DNA from: an uncultured archaeon
GTDB lineage: Archaea > Iainarchaeota > Iainarchaeia > Iainarchaeales > VGJJ01
Assembly: GCA_964356075.1 (NCBI GenBank)
Contig: CAYHGC010000002.1
Coordinates: 1-32,366, forward strand
Reading direction: 5' to 3'
DNA length: 32,366 bases
Below, piece by piece: positions 24,519 through 32,366 of the stretch; positions within the stretch are counted from its first letter, which is position 1; each line of letters opens with the position of its first letter. The notes below the pieces were generated by a model. The model was not told where the DNA came from, made no database searches, and saw only the letters and a list, made by a program, of their open reading frames with translations. A program made the translations under genes and the position numbers.

Positions 24519-25241
24519 ATGGGTAAGCGATTAATCTCTCAGCGCCGCGGAAAAGGAACCAACCGCTTCGAGGCCTCGCAGAATGGGGTGGCTGACGTCA
24601 ACTACGTTCCATACTCTCCTATTCAGCGCGAAGGCAAAATGATCGGACAAGTCATGGACATTGTCGACGATCCCACGAAAACCGCTGTTCTAGCACAGAT
24701 TCAACTCGAGAACGGCGTGCGCACCTACACGTTTGCCGCCGAAGGACTGATGGTCGGACAGCGAATCGAAATGGGTAAAGAAGCCGCTTTTGAAATTGGA
24801 AACGTTTTACCCGTCAAATATATCCCGGAAGGAGCCCCCGTGTTCAACGTGGAAATCCGACCCGGTGACGGTGGAAAGCTCGTGCGCGGAAGCGGAGTAT
24901 TCGGACTCGTTGTCACGAAAGAAGCCAATAACGTTTTGATCAAATTACCCTCAACTAAAACCATTCGCGTTCACCCGGATGCACGCGCCACCATTGGAAG
25001 CGTCTCCTGCGGAACACGTGTGGATAAACCCTTCATGAAAGCGGGAAAGAAACACCACGCCATGAAAGCGCACAAGAAACGACACTCCATTGTTCGCGGA
25101 GTTGCCATGAACCCGAACTCCCACCCGTTTGGGGGTTCACAGCACCATCCCGGAAAGTCCAAGTCGACTGCACGATCTGCACCAGCCGGACGAAAGGTTG
25201 GAGCCATTGCATCGAGTCGAACCGGACGGAGAAAGAAGTAA
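24519..25241 (+). CDS. rpl2: 50S ribosomal protein L2 (uL2)
   Basis: 240 aa. GGKLVRGSGVFG and VRGVAMNPNSHPFGGSQHHPGKS. Confidence 0.97.
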   Translation: MGKRLISQRRGKGTNRFEASQNGVADVNYVPYSPIQREGKMIGQVMDIVDDPTKTAVLAQIQLENGVRTYTFAAEGLMVGQRIEMGKEAAFEIGNVLPVKYIPEGAPVFNVEIRPGDGGKLVRGSGVFGLVVTKEANNVLIKLPSTKTIRVHPDARATIGSVSCGTRVDKPFMKAGKKHHAMKAHKKRHSIVRGVAMNPNSHPFGGSQHHPGKSKSTARSAPAGRKVGAIASSRTGRRKK

Positions 25242-25255
25242 CGGAGGTATGACGG

Positions 25256-25657
25256 ATGGCCAAAGAATACACGTACATGGGAAAGACGCTCGCCCAACTG
25301 CAGCAAATGAGCACGGACGAGTTTGCTAAATTAACCACCTCCCGCACGCGACGCACCATTCAGCGCGGACTCGACAAGACGTTCTTAGCCAAAGTCATGG
25401 CCATCCACCAGGATGCCAAAACAGGAAAGTTCCCCGCGAAGCCGGTCAAAACGCACCTCCGCGACTTTGTGATTCTCCCCCAAATGGTGGGAATCAAATT
25501 TGCCGTATACAAAGGAAATACATTCGAGCAAGTGGAAATTCAACCCGAAATGATGGGACACGTGCTCGGAGAATACGTGTTGACACGCAAACGCGTCTCG
25601 CATGGAAAGGCCGGAATTGGATCCACGAAATCCAGCTCCGCGGTAACCGCGAAGTGA
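25256..25657 (+). CDS. rps19: 30S ribosomal protein S19 (uS19)
   Basis: 133 aa. VGIKFAVYKGNTFEQVEIQPEMMGHVLGEYVLTRKRVSHGKAGIG. Confidence 0.96.
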   Translation: MAKEYTYMGKTLAQLQQMSTDEFAKLTTSRTRRTIQRGLDKTFLAKVMAIHQDAKTGKFPAKPVKTHLRDFVILPQMVGIKFAVYKGNTFEQVEIQPEMMGHVLGEYVLTRKRVSHGKAGIGSTKSSSAVTAK

Positions 25658-25664
25658 TGTTGAT

Positions 25665-26141
25665 ATGACGAAAACCACGTACAACTACCAAGGGACATTC
25701 GACCCCACGCGCATGGCGCGCGCCTTTACAACGAATCAGATTGCATCCTGGAAATATGGATTGGAAATCGGACGCACCATCAAAGGAAAGTACGTTCACG
25801 ACGCGGAAAAATTCTTACAAGATGTGATCGATCAAAAGCAACCCTTGCGCTTGCGCACGTATCATAAGAAAATCCCCCACCGACCAGGTCAAGCGGTATT
25901 AGGAACCAAATCCGGACGCTATCCGCAGAAGACCTGTAAATCCTGGTTGAATTTGTTAAACACCGTTCGCGCCAACGCGGATGTCAAAGGGCTTGACGTC
26001 AAGAAACTTCAGATTGTACACGCCATTGCCACGATGGGATTCTCCCGCATTCGCAATCAGGCACAAGGACGTATCTCCGGAAAGTCCCGCAAATCCAAAT
26101 CCGCTCACATGGAAATTATTGTTCGCGAGGTGGGAGCATGA
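25665..26141 (+). CDS. rpl22: 50S ribosomal protein L22 (uL22)
   Basis: 158 aa. KGKYVHDAEKFLQDVIDQKQPLRL...HKKIPHRPG...SAHMEIIVREV. Position between rps19 and rps3. Confidence 0.95.
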   Translation: MTKTTYNYQGTFDPTRMARAFTTNQIASWKYGLEIGRTIKGKYVHDAEKFLQDVIDQKQPLRLRTYHKKIPHRPGQAVLGTKSGRYPQKTCKSWLNLLNTVRANADVKGLDVKKLQIVHAIATMGFSRIRNQAQGRISGKSRKSKSAHMEIIVREVGA

Positions 26142-26890
26142 TTGAGAAAACGTTTGTGAAACAATCGATCAAGAAAGTGCAACTCCACCAATACTTGAAG
26201 AGTCAACTCGACCGCGCCGGATTCACGGGATTTGACATGGTGAAAACGCCCATGGTTACACGAATTGTTGTACATGTTTCACGCCCCGGGCTCGCCATCG
26301 GAAAAGGCGGATCCAACATTCGCACCCTTACGGAAACGATTGCCAAAGTCTACGGTGTCGATAATCCTCAACTTGAGATCAAAGAAATCACCAACCCTGA
26401 CTTGGACGCCAAATCCGTTGCGGACAAAATGAAATCCATGATCGAACGCGGATTCGCCTGGCGATCAGTCGCATTCCGAACGTTGCAAGATATTGAACGC
26501 GCGGGCGCGGTGGGAATGGAAGTTGTTCTTACCGGAAAACTCGCTGGAAAAGGCGGACGAAAGAAACAAGTCCGATTTGCCAAAGGATACATGAAAAAGG
26601 TTGGGGACCAAATCAAATTGGTTGACATGGCCAAAGTCACCACGTACCCGAAAGTCGGTGCGATTGGAGTTACAGTTCGAATCATCCATCCCGGAACATT
26701 CTTCCCGGACAAAGTGGATGTGCGCCAGACGTTGAAAGATCGAAAGACTGCCTCGGTTGTCGGAAACACCGCTGCCGTCGGAACCACCGTCATCAAAGCG
26801 GCTGAAGATACTCCCATTACGGTTACCGAAACCAAAGCGGAAAATACCGCCGACGTTCCGATCGAAGCCAAGGGAGGAGATGCCGTATGA
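26138..26890 (+). CDS. rps3: 30S ribosomal protein S3 (uS3)
   Basis: 250 aa. KH-domain GLAIGKGGSNIRTLTE. ATGA overlap with rpl22. A/T/E-rich C-terminal tail. Confidence 0.96.
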   Translation: MIEKTFVKQSIKKVQLHQYLKSQLDRAGFTGFDMVKTPMVTRIVVHVSRPGLAIGKGGSNIRTLTETIAKVYGVDNPQLEIKEITNPDLDAKSVADKMKSMIERGFAWRSVAFRTLQDIERAGAVGMEVVLTGKLAGKGGRKKQVRFAKGYMKKVGDQIKLVDMAKVTTYPKVGAIGVTVRIIHPGTFFPDKVDVRQTLKDRKTASVVGNTAAVGTTVIKAAEDTPITVTETKAENTADVPIEAKGGDAV

Positions 26891-27141
26891 ATAAGAAACT
26901 CAACGATCTCCGAAAAATGGGTGGATCCGAACGAACCATTAAACTCACCGAGCTCAAAAACGAGCTTGCTCGCGAACGCGCGTTCAAATCAACGAACACG
27001 CGACCGGAGAGTCCGGGAAAAGCCCGCAATTTGCGCAAGCAAGTCGCGCGCATCCTGACGTTCAACCGCCAGGACGAGATGAGAAAAACCATAAAAGTCA
27101 TTCCAATGAAATCAGTGAAAAAAAGCGAGGTGAAGCAGTAA
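26887..27141 (+). CDS. rpl29: 50S ribosomal protein L29 (uL29)
   Basis: 84 aa. LRKMGGSERTIKLTELKNELARERAFK...ARNLRKQVARILT. ATGA overlap with rps3. Confidence 0.93.
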   Translation: MNKKLNDLRKMGGSERTIKLTELKNELARERAFKSTNTRPESPGKARNLRKQVARILTFNRQDEMRKTIKVIPMKSVKKSEVKQ

Positions 27142-27143
27142 GC

Positions 27144-27443
27144 ATGGACAGTGTATGTGCAACGTGCGGGTTACCCAAGAACATTTGTGTTTGTGGGCAA
27201 ATCGCGAAAGAAAACCAAAAGATTACCATCCGAACCGAACAACGACGATTTAGAAAATATATCACGATCGTTGAGGGATTAGAAGAGGGAATCGCCAAAG
27301 AGGTTGCTAAAACACTCAAAACGAAACTGGCGTGCGGTGGAACCATGGAAAATGGTCGAATCGAACTCCAGGGAAACCATCGCAAGAATGTCAAAAAAAT
27401 ACTGCTCGAAGAAGGATTCAAGGAGAATGCAATACATGATTAA
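27144..27443 (+). CDS. sui1: translation initiation factor aSUI1/eIF1
   Basis: 99 aa. An N-terminal Cys cluster CATCGLPKNICVCG is followed by the SUI1 fold (ITIVEGL...LKTKLACGGT...IELQGNHR). Confidence 0.93.
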   Translation: MDSVCATCGLPKNICVCGQIAKENQKITIRTEQRRFRKYITIVEGLEEGIAKEVAKTLKTKLACGGTMENGRIELQGNHRKNVKKILLEEGFKENAIHD

Positions 27444-27738
27444 AACCGCAAAATATGCCATTACCGGAGAACGACTCTCTATTCACGAACTCATCGGACT
27501 GAACGTTTTGGTGACGCAGTCGAAAGACGCCAACAAAAAAGGCATTGCGGGAACGATTGTGGACGAAACTCAGCGAACGTTTGTCATCGAAACAGCCAAC
27601 GGAGAAAAAATCGTGCCCAAAAATGAAAGCGTATTCGCATTCGAATTGGGAACTGAAAATGTTACACTCAAAGGAAGCGATTTACTCTACACTTCTATTG
27701 AACGATTGAAGAACGGGGGAAAGATCCTGTATGCCTAA
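27436..27738 (+). CDS. rnp1: RNase P protein component 1 (Rpp29/Pop4)
   Basis: ELIGLNVLVTQSKDANKKGIAGTIVDETQRTFVIETANGEKIVPK is the Rpp29 Sm-like core. ATG 27436 lies 10 nt after AGGAG and overlaps the sui1 stop. The ORF-track start at 27304 lies inside sui1. Confidence 0.88.
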   Translation: MIKTAKYAITGERLSIHELIGLNVLVTQSKDANKKGIAGTIVDETQRTFVIETANGEKIVPKNESVFAFELGTENVTLKGSDLLYTSIERLKNGGKILYA

Positions 27739-28120
27739 AACCAACACGACTGCATCCAAAGAACATAGCGCTAAAATGGGATTCCGCGTCCGCGGAAACG
27801 AATTTGTGGGACGCGTTGTTTCAGCGAAAACCCCGAAAACGGTTACGATTGAACGCGAAGCGGTTGTATATGTTCCTAAATTTGAACGATACAAAAAAGT
27901 CCGTTCCAAATTACACGCGCACAACCCCGAGTGGATCAACGCTAAAGAAAACGACATTGTTCGAATCGGCGAAACACGCAAAATTTCCAAAACCAAAGCA
28001 TTTGTGGTTACTGAAATCGTGGGACATGGTAAAACGATGATTGTTCACGAAGAAATGACCGAAGGAATGCGCGCCAAGAAAGCCGCTGAAGCCAAGGAAG
28101 ACCAGGAGGAAGTTCAATGA
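27731..28120 (+). CDS. rps17: 30S ribosomal protein S17 (uS17)
   Basis: 129 aa. GRVVSAKTPKTVTIEREAVVYVPKFERYKKVRSKLHAHNP...DIVRIGETRKISKTKAFVV. Confidence 0.95.
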   Translation: MPKTNTTASKEHSAKMGFRVRGNEFVGRVVSAKTPKTVTIEREAVVYVPKFERYKKVRSKLHAHNPEWINAKENDIVRIGETRKISKTKAFVVTEIVGHGKTMIVHEEMTEGMRAKKAAEAKEDQEEVQ

Positions 28121-28515
28121 AAGCCATTAGCGCCTCACCTGTAAAGGGACTCACTCGCTTATCGCGCTGCTTCTGCGCCGACAACAGCGGAGCCAAAGAA
28201 GTCATGATTATTTCCGTCTTCCGACACACGTCAAGAAAACGAATGCAGCCCGCGGCTGGAATTGCCGATATGGTGAATGTGGTTGTGAAGACCGGAAAGC
28301 CTGCGATTCGCTCCAAAGTGGAACGCGCCGTCATTGTGCGCGTGCGCAAAGAATACAAGCGCCCGGACGGAACACGGGTCAAATTCGAAGATAATGCCGT
28401 CGTGCTTGTGGATGAAAAGGGATTGCCCAAAGCGTCCGAAGTGAAAGGCGTTATTGCCAAAGAAGTCGGAGAGCGATTTCCTAAAATTGCTGGAATCTCC
28501 GCCGGAATCGTGTAG
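28117..28515 (+). CDS. rpl14: 50S ribosomal protein L14 (uL14)
   Basis: 132 aa. CADNSGAKEVMIISV...RAVIVRVRKEYKRPDGTRVKFEDNAVVLVD. Confidence 0.96.
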   Translation: MKAISASPVKGLTRLSRCFCADNSGAKEVMIISVFRHTSRKRMQPAAGIADMVNVVVKTGKPAIRSKVERAVIVRVRKEYKRPDGTRVKFEDNAVVLVDEKGLPKASEVKGVIAKEVGERFPKIAGISAGIV

Positions 28516-28528
28516 GGATTGATGATCT

Positions 28529-28957
28529 ATGAGTAATACCAAAACAATCAACCCGGGAAAAAACCGCCAGACGGTGTACAACGCGGATATTCGACAGAAA
28601 CGCGTCCTCATGGCCGCTCATGTTGGAAAAGATATGCGCGCCAAGACGGGAATCCGCAGTCTCGCCGTGCGAGTCGGGGATACGGTGAAGATCATGCGCG
28701 GAGACTACAAAGGAAAGACGGGAAACATCAACCAAGTGGACCACACGCGAAACAAAGTGTTCATCCAAGGAATCATGCGCAAGAAAACGGACGGGAAAGA
28801 AGCGTTTATCGCCTTCCGACCGAGCAATTTGATGATTACGGGAATGGAATCCAAAGACAAAACGCGCATGAAGAAAATGACCGGTAAGAAAGAAGCCGAC
28901 ACGAAGACGGAAACAAAAACCATGAAAGCTGAAACGAAAACGGGGAAAAAGGAGTAA
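28529..28957 (+). CDS. rpl24: 50S ribosomal protein L24 (uL24) with K/T/E-rich C-terminal extension
   Basis: 142 aa. KOW motif VGDTVKIMRGDYKGKTGNI. Tail KDKTRMKKMTGKKEADTKTETKTMKAETKTGKKE. Confidence 0.95.
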   Translation: MSNTKTINPGKNRQTVYNADIRQKRVLMAAHVGKDMRAKTGIRSLAVRVGDTVKIMRGDYKGKTGNINQVDHTRNKVFIQGIMRKKTDGKEAFIAFRPSNLMITGMESKDKTRMKKMTGKKEADTKTETKTMKAETKTGKKE

Positions 28958-28962
28958 CGATT

Positions 28963-29706
28963 ATGGCACGAAAAGGACAGAATCGAAAACAAAAGCGCTT
29001 GTCTGTAGGCACGGTCCGACAGCTTCTGCGCAAAGACTACACGTGGACGATTCGCGCGAAACCCGGTACGCACAAGGGACTCACGAGTATTCCCTTAGGA
29101 TTCGTTGTCCGCGACATGTTGAACTTAACAAAGACGGCCAAAGAAACCAAGCACATTCTCAACAAAGGAATGGTGCACGTGGATGGGATGGTTCGAAAGG
29201 AACATCAATTCCCCTTAGGATTATTCGATTCCGTTTCCATTCCTACAACCAAAAAGAACTATCGCTTGATGCTCGACACCAAAGGACGATTGAAGTTGCA
29301 CGAAATTAGCGATGCACAACTGAAACAGAAGCCCGTGAAAGTCGTTCACAAGCGCATTGGCAAAGGAAAAGTGTTGACGATTCAAACCCATGATGGAAAA
29401 ACGTTCCGCGGAGCGCAGAATGCGGTTCACGTCGATGATTCGGTCATGGTTCCCATGAAAGGAAACACGATCGAAGGGCACATGCCCCTTCAGAGCGGAA
29501 GCCGCGTGTACATCACCGGTGGAAAGCACGTAGGAGAAGTCGCTCAAATCGCGGGAATTGTAGAAGGAACCATGAAGCGAAACAAGCTCGTGAATCTTAC
29601 CGAAGGTAAAGAAAAGTTTCAAACGACGATTCAGAATGTCATGGTCATCAACGATGACGTGGCCAACTGGATCAAAACCGCCCACGCCGGAGGAAAGACC
29701 GCATGA
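28963..29706 (+). CDS. rps4e: 30S ribosomal protein S4e (eS4)
   Basis: 247 aa. The S4 domain and KOW-like region fit eS4 (HILNKGMVHVDGMVRKEHQFPLGLFDSVSI, ...VYITGGKHVGEVAQI). Confidence 0.95.
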   Translation: MARKGQNRKQKRLSVGTVRQLLRKDYTWTIRAKPGTHKGLTSIPLGFVVRDMLNLTKTAKETKHILNKGMVHVDGMVRKEHQFPLGLFDSVSIPTTKKNYRLMLDTKGRLKLHEISDAQLKQKPVKVVHKRIGKGKVLTIQTHDGKTFRGAQNAVHVDDSVMVPMKGNTIEGHMPLQSGSRVYITGGKHVGEVAQIAGIVEGTMKRNKLVNLTEGKEKFQTTIQNVMVINDDVANWIKTAHAGGKTA

Positions 29707-30287
29707 CTACCGAAGCAATGCCCAACGCACATGCTGAAAAGAATACGGCCACGTCTGGCAAGCTCGACAACCCGATGCGCATCATTCGCATCGAGAAAGT
29801 CACGATCAACATGGGCGTTGGAGAAACGGGAGAAAATCTGAAGAAAGCCGGAGAAATTTTGAAGAAAATCACCGGCGTTAACCCGGTTCAAACCAAATGT
29901 AAAGTGAAAATCCCCACCTGGGGTATTCGCGAAGGATTGCCGATCGGAGTCAAGGTCACGTTGCGCAAGCAAAAGGCCATGGACTTCCTCAAGCTCTGCT
30001 TACAAGCCCGCGAAAATACGATTACGAAACGAAACTTCGACAAAAACGGAAATTTGGGATTCGGAATCAAAGAATACATTGACTTGCCGGGAACCAAGTA
30101 CGATCCCAAGATGGGAATTCGAGGATTCGACGTGTTGGTTACACTTGAACGACCGGGATTCCGTATTAAACGAAGACGCTTGCGACCGGGTACCATCGGA
30201 AAGAAACACCGACTCACGCGCGATGACGCGATGACCTTTATTCACAAGAATTTTGGAACGAACATTGTGGAGAAGTTGCAAAACTAA
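29703..30287 (+). CDS. rpl5: 50S ribosomal protein L5 (uL5)
   Basis: 194 aa. NPMRIIRIEKVTINMGVGE...GNLGFGIKEYIDLPGTKYDPKMGIRGFDV. Confidence 0.96.
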   Translation: MTTEAMPNAHAEKNTATSGKLDNPMRIIRIEKVTINMGVGETGENLKKAGEILKKITGVNPVQTKCKVKIPTWGIREGLPIGVKVTLRKQKAMDFLKLCLQARENTITKRNFDKNGNLGFGIKEYIDLPGTKYDPKMGIRGFDVLVTLERPGFRIKRRRLRPGTIGKKHRLTRDDAMTFIHKNFGTNIVEKLQN

Positions 30288-30300
30288 CGGGTGAACGGAC

Positions 30301-30483
30301 ATGATGAACGAAGCCAAAAAGAAAATGAAAGCCCAACAAAAAAAGCGACCCAAGACGGGACGCAATTCCTATTGCCTCAACTGCAAAAACAACAAGGGAA
30401 TGGTGCACAAATACGGCATCAACTTGTGCAGACGATGCTTCAAAGAGTTTGCTCCCATGATGGGATTCAAAAAATATAGTTAA
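30301..30483 (+). CDS. rps14: 30S ribosomal protein S14 (uS14, zinc-type)
   Basis: 60 aa. CLNCKNNKG...CRRCFKE Cys4 arrangement. Confidence 0.93.
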   Translation: MMNEAKKKMKAQQKKRPKTGRNSYCLNCKNNKGMVHKYGINLCRRCFKEFAPMMGFKKYS

Positions 30484-30500
30484 ACGGAGGTGAAACACGC

Positions 30501-30893
30501 ATGACACAAATCGACCCAATCGCAGACGCATTGACGAACATTCAGAACAGCGAAAACGCCTCCAAAAAGATTGTCACGATCATTCCGGGCAGTAAGCTTC
30601 TCGGACAAATCCTTCGCGTGATGAACGAAAAGGGATACGTGGGTAAAATCGAGGAAGTTTCCGATCGACACAAGAAGATGTACAAGGTTGAATTGGTGGG
30701 AAAAATCAACAAGGTTTCCGCCATTAAGCCCCGCTACGCCGTCAAACGAGACGACTTCGAACGCTACGAAAAACGATTCCTCCCGGCACGAGACATTGGG
30801 ATGATGATCGTTTCCACGTCGCAAGGCGTCATGACGCACGGAGAAAGCAAGGAGAAAGCCATCGGAGGGCGCTTGCTAGCCTACATCTACTAA
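30501..30893 (+). CDS. rps8: 30S ribosomal protein S8 (uS8)
   Basis: 130 aa. DPIADALTNIQNSENA...MMIVSTSQGVMTHGESKEKAIGGRLLAYIY. Confidence 0.96.
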   Translation: MTQIDPIADALTNIQNSENASKKIVTIIPGSKLLGQILRVMNEKGYVGKIEEVSDRHKKMYKVELVGKINKVSAIKPRYAVKRDDFERYEKRFLPARDIGMMIVSTSQGVMTHGESKEKAIGGRLLAYIY

Positions 30894-30911
30894 AAACCTA
30901 ACCCAGGACGA

Positions 30912-31463
30912 ATGATTATTATGGCCAAGAAAACAAGCGAAACGATTGCCGTTCCGGCCGGGATTTCCGTCAAGTACGAACACGGAAACCTCCACGTAGC
31001 CAAAGGCGGAAAGTTTGCTGAAAAGCACCTTTCCTCTCCCGACGTGAAAGTGGAAATTACCGGACAGGATGTTAAACTGACACCCAAGAACGAGCGCCGA
31101 CTCACTTTTGCCACGCTCAACTCATTTGTGGCGCACGTCAACAACCTCGTTTTTGGAATGGAAAAAGGATACACGTACAAGCTTGCCATTGTGCATTCCC
31201 ATTTCCCCATGAATGTCAAAGTGAAAGGAACCATGGTGGAAGTCGCCAACTATTTGGGAGAAAAAAACCCGCGCTTGTCTAAAATTGTAGGGAAAGAAAC
31301 CAAAGTGGACATCAAAGGAAAAGACATCACGGTTACCGGAAACAACGTTGAAGATGTTTCCCAAACGGCCGCCAACATGGAAAAAGCCACACGCGACCCG
31401 AAGAAAGATCAACGCACATTCCAAGATGGTATTTACATTACCAGCAAAGGAGTGGATGCTTAA
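30912..31463 (+). CDS. rpl6: 50S ribosomal protein L6 (uL6)
   Basis: 183 aa. The two-repeat uL6 pattern (YTYKLAIVHSHFPMNVKVKG...ITVTGNNVEDVSQTAANME). ATG 30921 is an alternative start. Confidence 0.94.
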   Translation: MIIMAKKTSETIAVPAGISVKYEHGNLHVAKGGKFAEKHLSSPDVKVEITGQDVKLTPKNERRLTFATLNSFVAHVNNLVFGMEKGYTYKLAIVHSHFPMNVKVKGTMVEVANYLGEKNPRLSKIVGKETKVDIKGKDITVTGNNVEDVSQTAANMEKATRDPKKDQRTFQDGIYITSKGVDA

Positions 31464-32206
31464 TGGCTGACCAAAAAAAGGACCATAACACCATGGAACA
31501 AAAGCATCCGAACCCCGGACACGTGCCCGATCATCAGACGCACAACGTGAAAGAAATGAAAGAAGAGGCGAAAGACGCTAAGATTGAAATTGCGATGGAA
31601 AAGAAAGCGGAAGAAAAGAAAGCCGAACACGCGACGCCCGTGAAACAAGTTCACACGGAACACGTCGCGAAAGAAACCAACATCAACGACGAAAAGAGAG
31701 AAACGGCTGCAAAGAAAACCGAAGGCAAGATCAAAGCCAAGAAAGAAGACAAAGCAGCTACTAGTCCTACTCCGAACAAGCCCGCCAAAAAGAAAGGCGT
31801 GAAAGCAACATGGATCAAGAAAGAAAAGACCAAAAAAACCAAAGAATCCAAGAAGATCCAATCCACGTTAGAATCCAAATGGAAGCCCGTGTTCTGGGGA
31901 CGATTCGGAAAGAAGAATCTCCGCTCGCGCAACAATCCAAAGTTTGACAAATGGCGCAAGCCTCGCGGAGAAGACATGCAGCAGAAGCGCGACGATGGTG
32001 CGGTGGTAGCCGTTGGTTACCGCGGACCTAAAGCCATCCGATTCATTCACCCTTCCGGATTCAAGGAAGTCATGGTTTACTCCAAGAAGGACTTGGATTT
32101 GATCAAGCCCACGCAAGCGGGACGATTTGCAGCCGGACTCGGACGACGAAAACGTATTGATCTCATCAAATATGCCAACGAAAAGAAAGTGTACATCCTG
32201 AACTGA
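31463..32206 (+). CDS. rpl32e: 50S ribosomal protein L32e (eL32) with about 115-aa Lys/Glu-rich N-terminal extension
   Basis: The C-terminal 125 aa (WKPVFWGRFGKKNLRSRNNPKFDKWRKPRGEDMQQKRD...YRGPKAIRFIHPSGFKEVMVY...AAGLGRRKRIDLIKYA) are eL32. The N-terminal half is low-complexity K/E/T. Confidence 0.93.
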   Translation: MADQKKDHNTMEQKHPNPGHVPDHQTHNVKEMKEEAKDAKIEIAMEKKAEEKKAEHATPVKQVHTEHVAKETNINDEKRETAAKKTEGKIKAKKEDKAATSPTPNKPAKKKGVKATWIKKEKTKKTKESKKIQSTLESKWKPVFWGRFGKKNLRSRNNPKFDKWRKPRGEDMQQKRDDGAVVAVGYRGPKAIRFIHPSGFKEVMVYSKKDLDLIKPTQAGRFAAGLGRRKRIDLIKYANEKKVYILN

Positions 32207-32218
32207 GCGTGAAACGAT

Positions 32219-32366
32219 ATGAACCCCCGAAAACTCAAACGAATGGCGGCCGACATCTTGAATGTAGGCGAGACCAAAGTCTGGGTCGACCCGACGCAAA
32301 TGGTAAAGGCAGCGGAAGCGATGACCCGAGACGATGTGCGCGGACTCATCGGACAGCGCATCATCA
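32219..32366 (+). CDS. rpl19e: 50S ribosomal protein L19e (eL19), 5' part (runs off window)
   Basis: ATG at 32219, then MNPRKLKRMAADILNVGETKVWVDPTQMVKAAEAMTRDDVRGLIGQRII. This is the eL19 N-terminal signature, in the expected position after rpl32e. Confidence 0.88.
   Translation, partial: MNPRKLKRMAADILNVGETKVWVDPTQMVKAAEAMTRDDVRGLIGQRII

Overview
This is an archaeal information-processing 'superoperon', almost all on the + strand. The split rpoB, the eukaryote-type r-proteins L30e/S4e/L32e/L19e, aSUI1 and Rpp29 point to an archaeon. A small-genome, DPANN-like uncultured lineage is only an inference. Gene order is rpoB''(3' end)-rpoB'-rpoA'-rpoA'' | serine hydrolase (-) | rpl30e-rps12-rps7 | orphan ORF | fusA | accessory island | tuf-rps10 | cell-envelope island | rpl3-rpl4-rpl23-rpl2-rps19-rpl22-rps3-rpl29-sui1-rnp1-rps17-rpl14-rpl24-rps4e-rpl5-rps14-rps8-rpl6-rpl32e-rpl19e(5' end). 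I found no tRNA, rRNA, CRISPR array or recognisable transposase or integrase. The accessory island holds a frameshifted EamA transporter, a Bro-N/DinD-like gene flanked by two small Trp-motif proteins, and an Arg-rich orphan. The envelope island holds a basic orphan, a small membrane protein, an acidic Cys-repeat surface protein, a disordered Ser/Pro-rich protein and a 678-aa multi-domain surface protein. Candidates worth follow-up:
1. A box C/D-like (UGAUGA...CUGA) kink-turn-type RNA module sits in the rpl30e leader and recurs in an unusually long, hairpin-rich rpl3 leader.
2. Four copies of the rps7 3' end bracket a leaderless orphan gene, which looks like an att-site or target-duplication signature.
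3. The Bro-N/DinD-like gene and its two inverted, apparently paralogous small ORFs form a possible toxin-antitoxin or defence-like cassette.
4. A four-gene surface-protein island is wedged between rps10 and rpl3.
All family calls come from motif recognition by eye; no database search or folding program was run.
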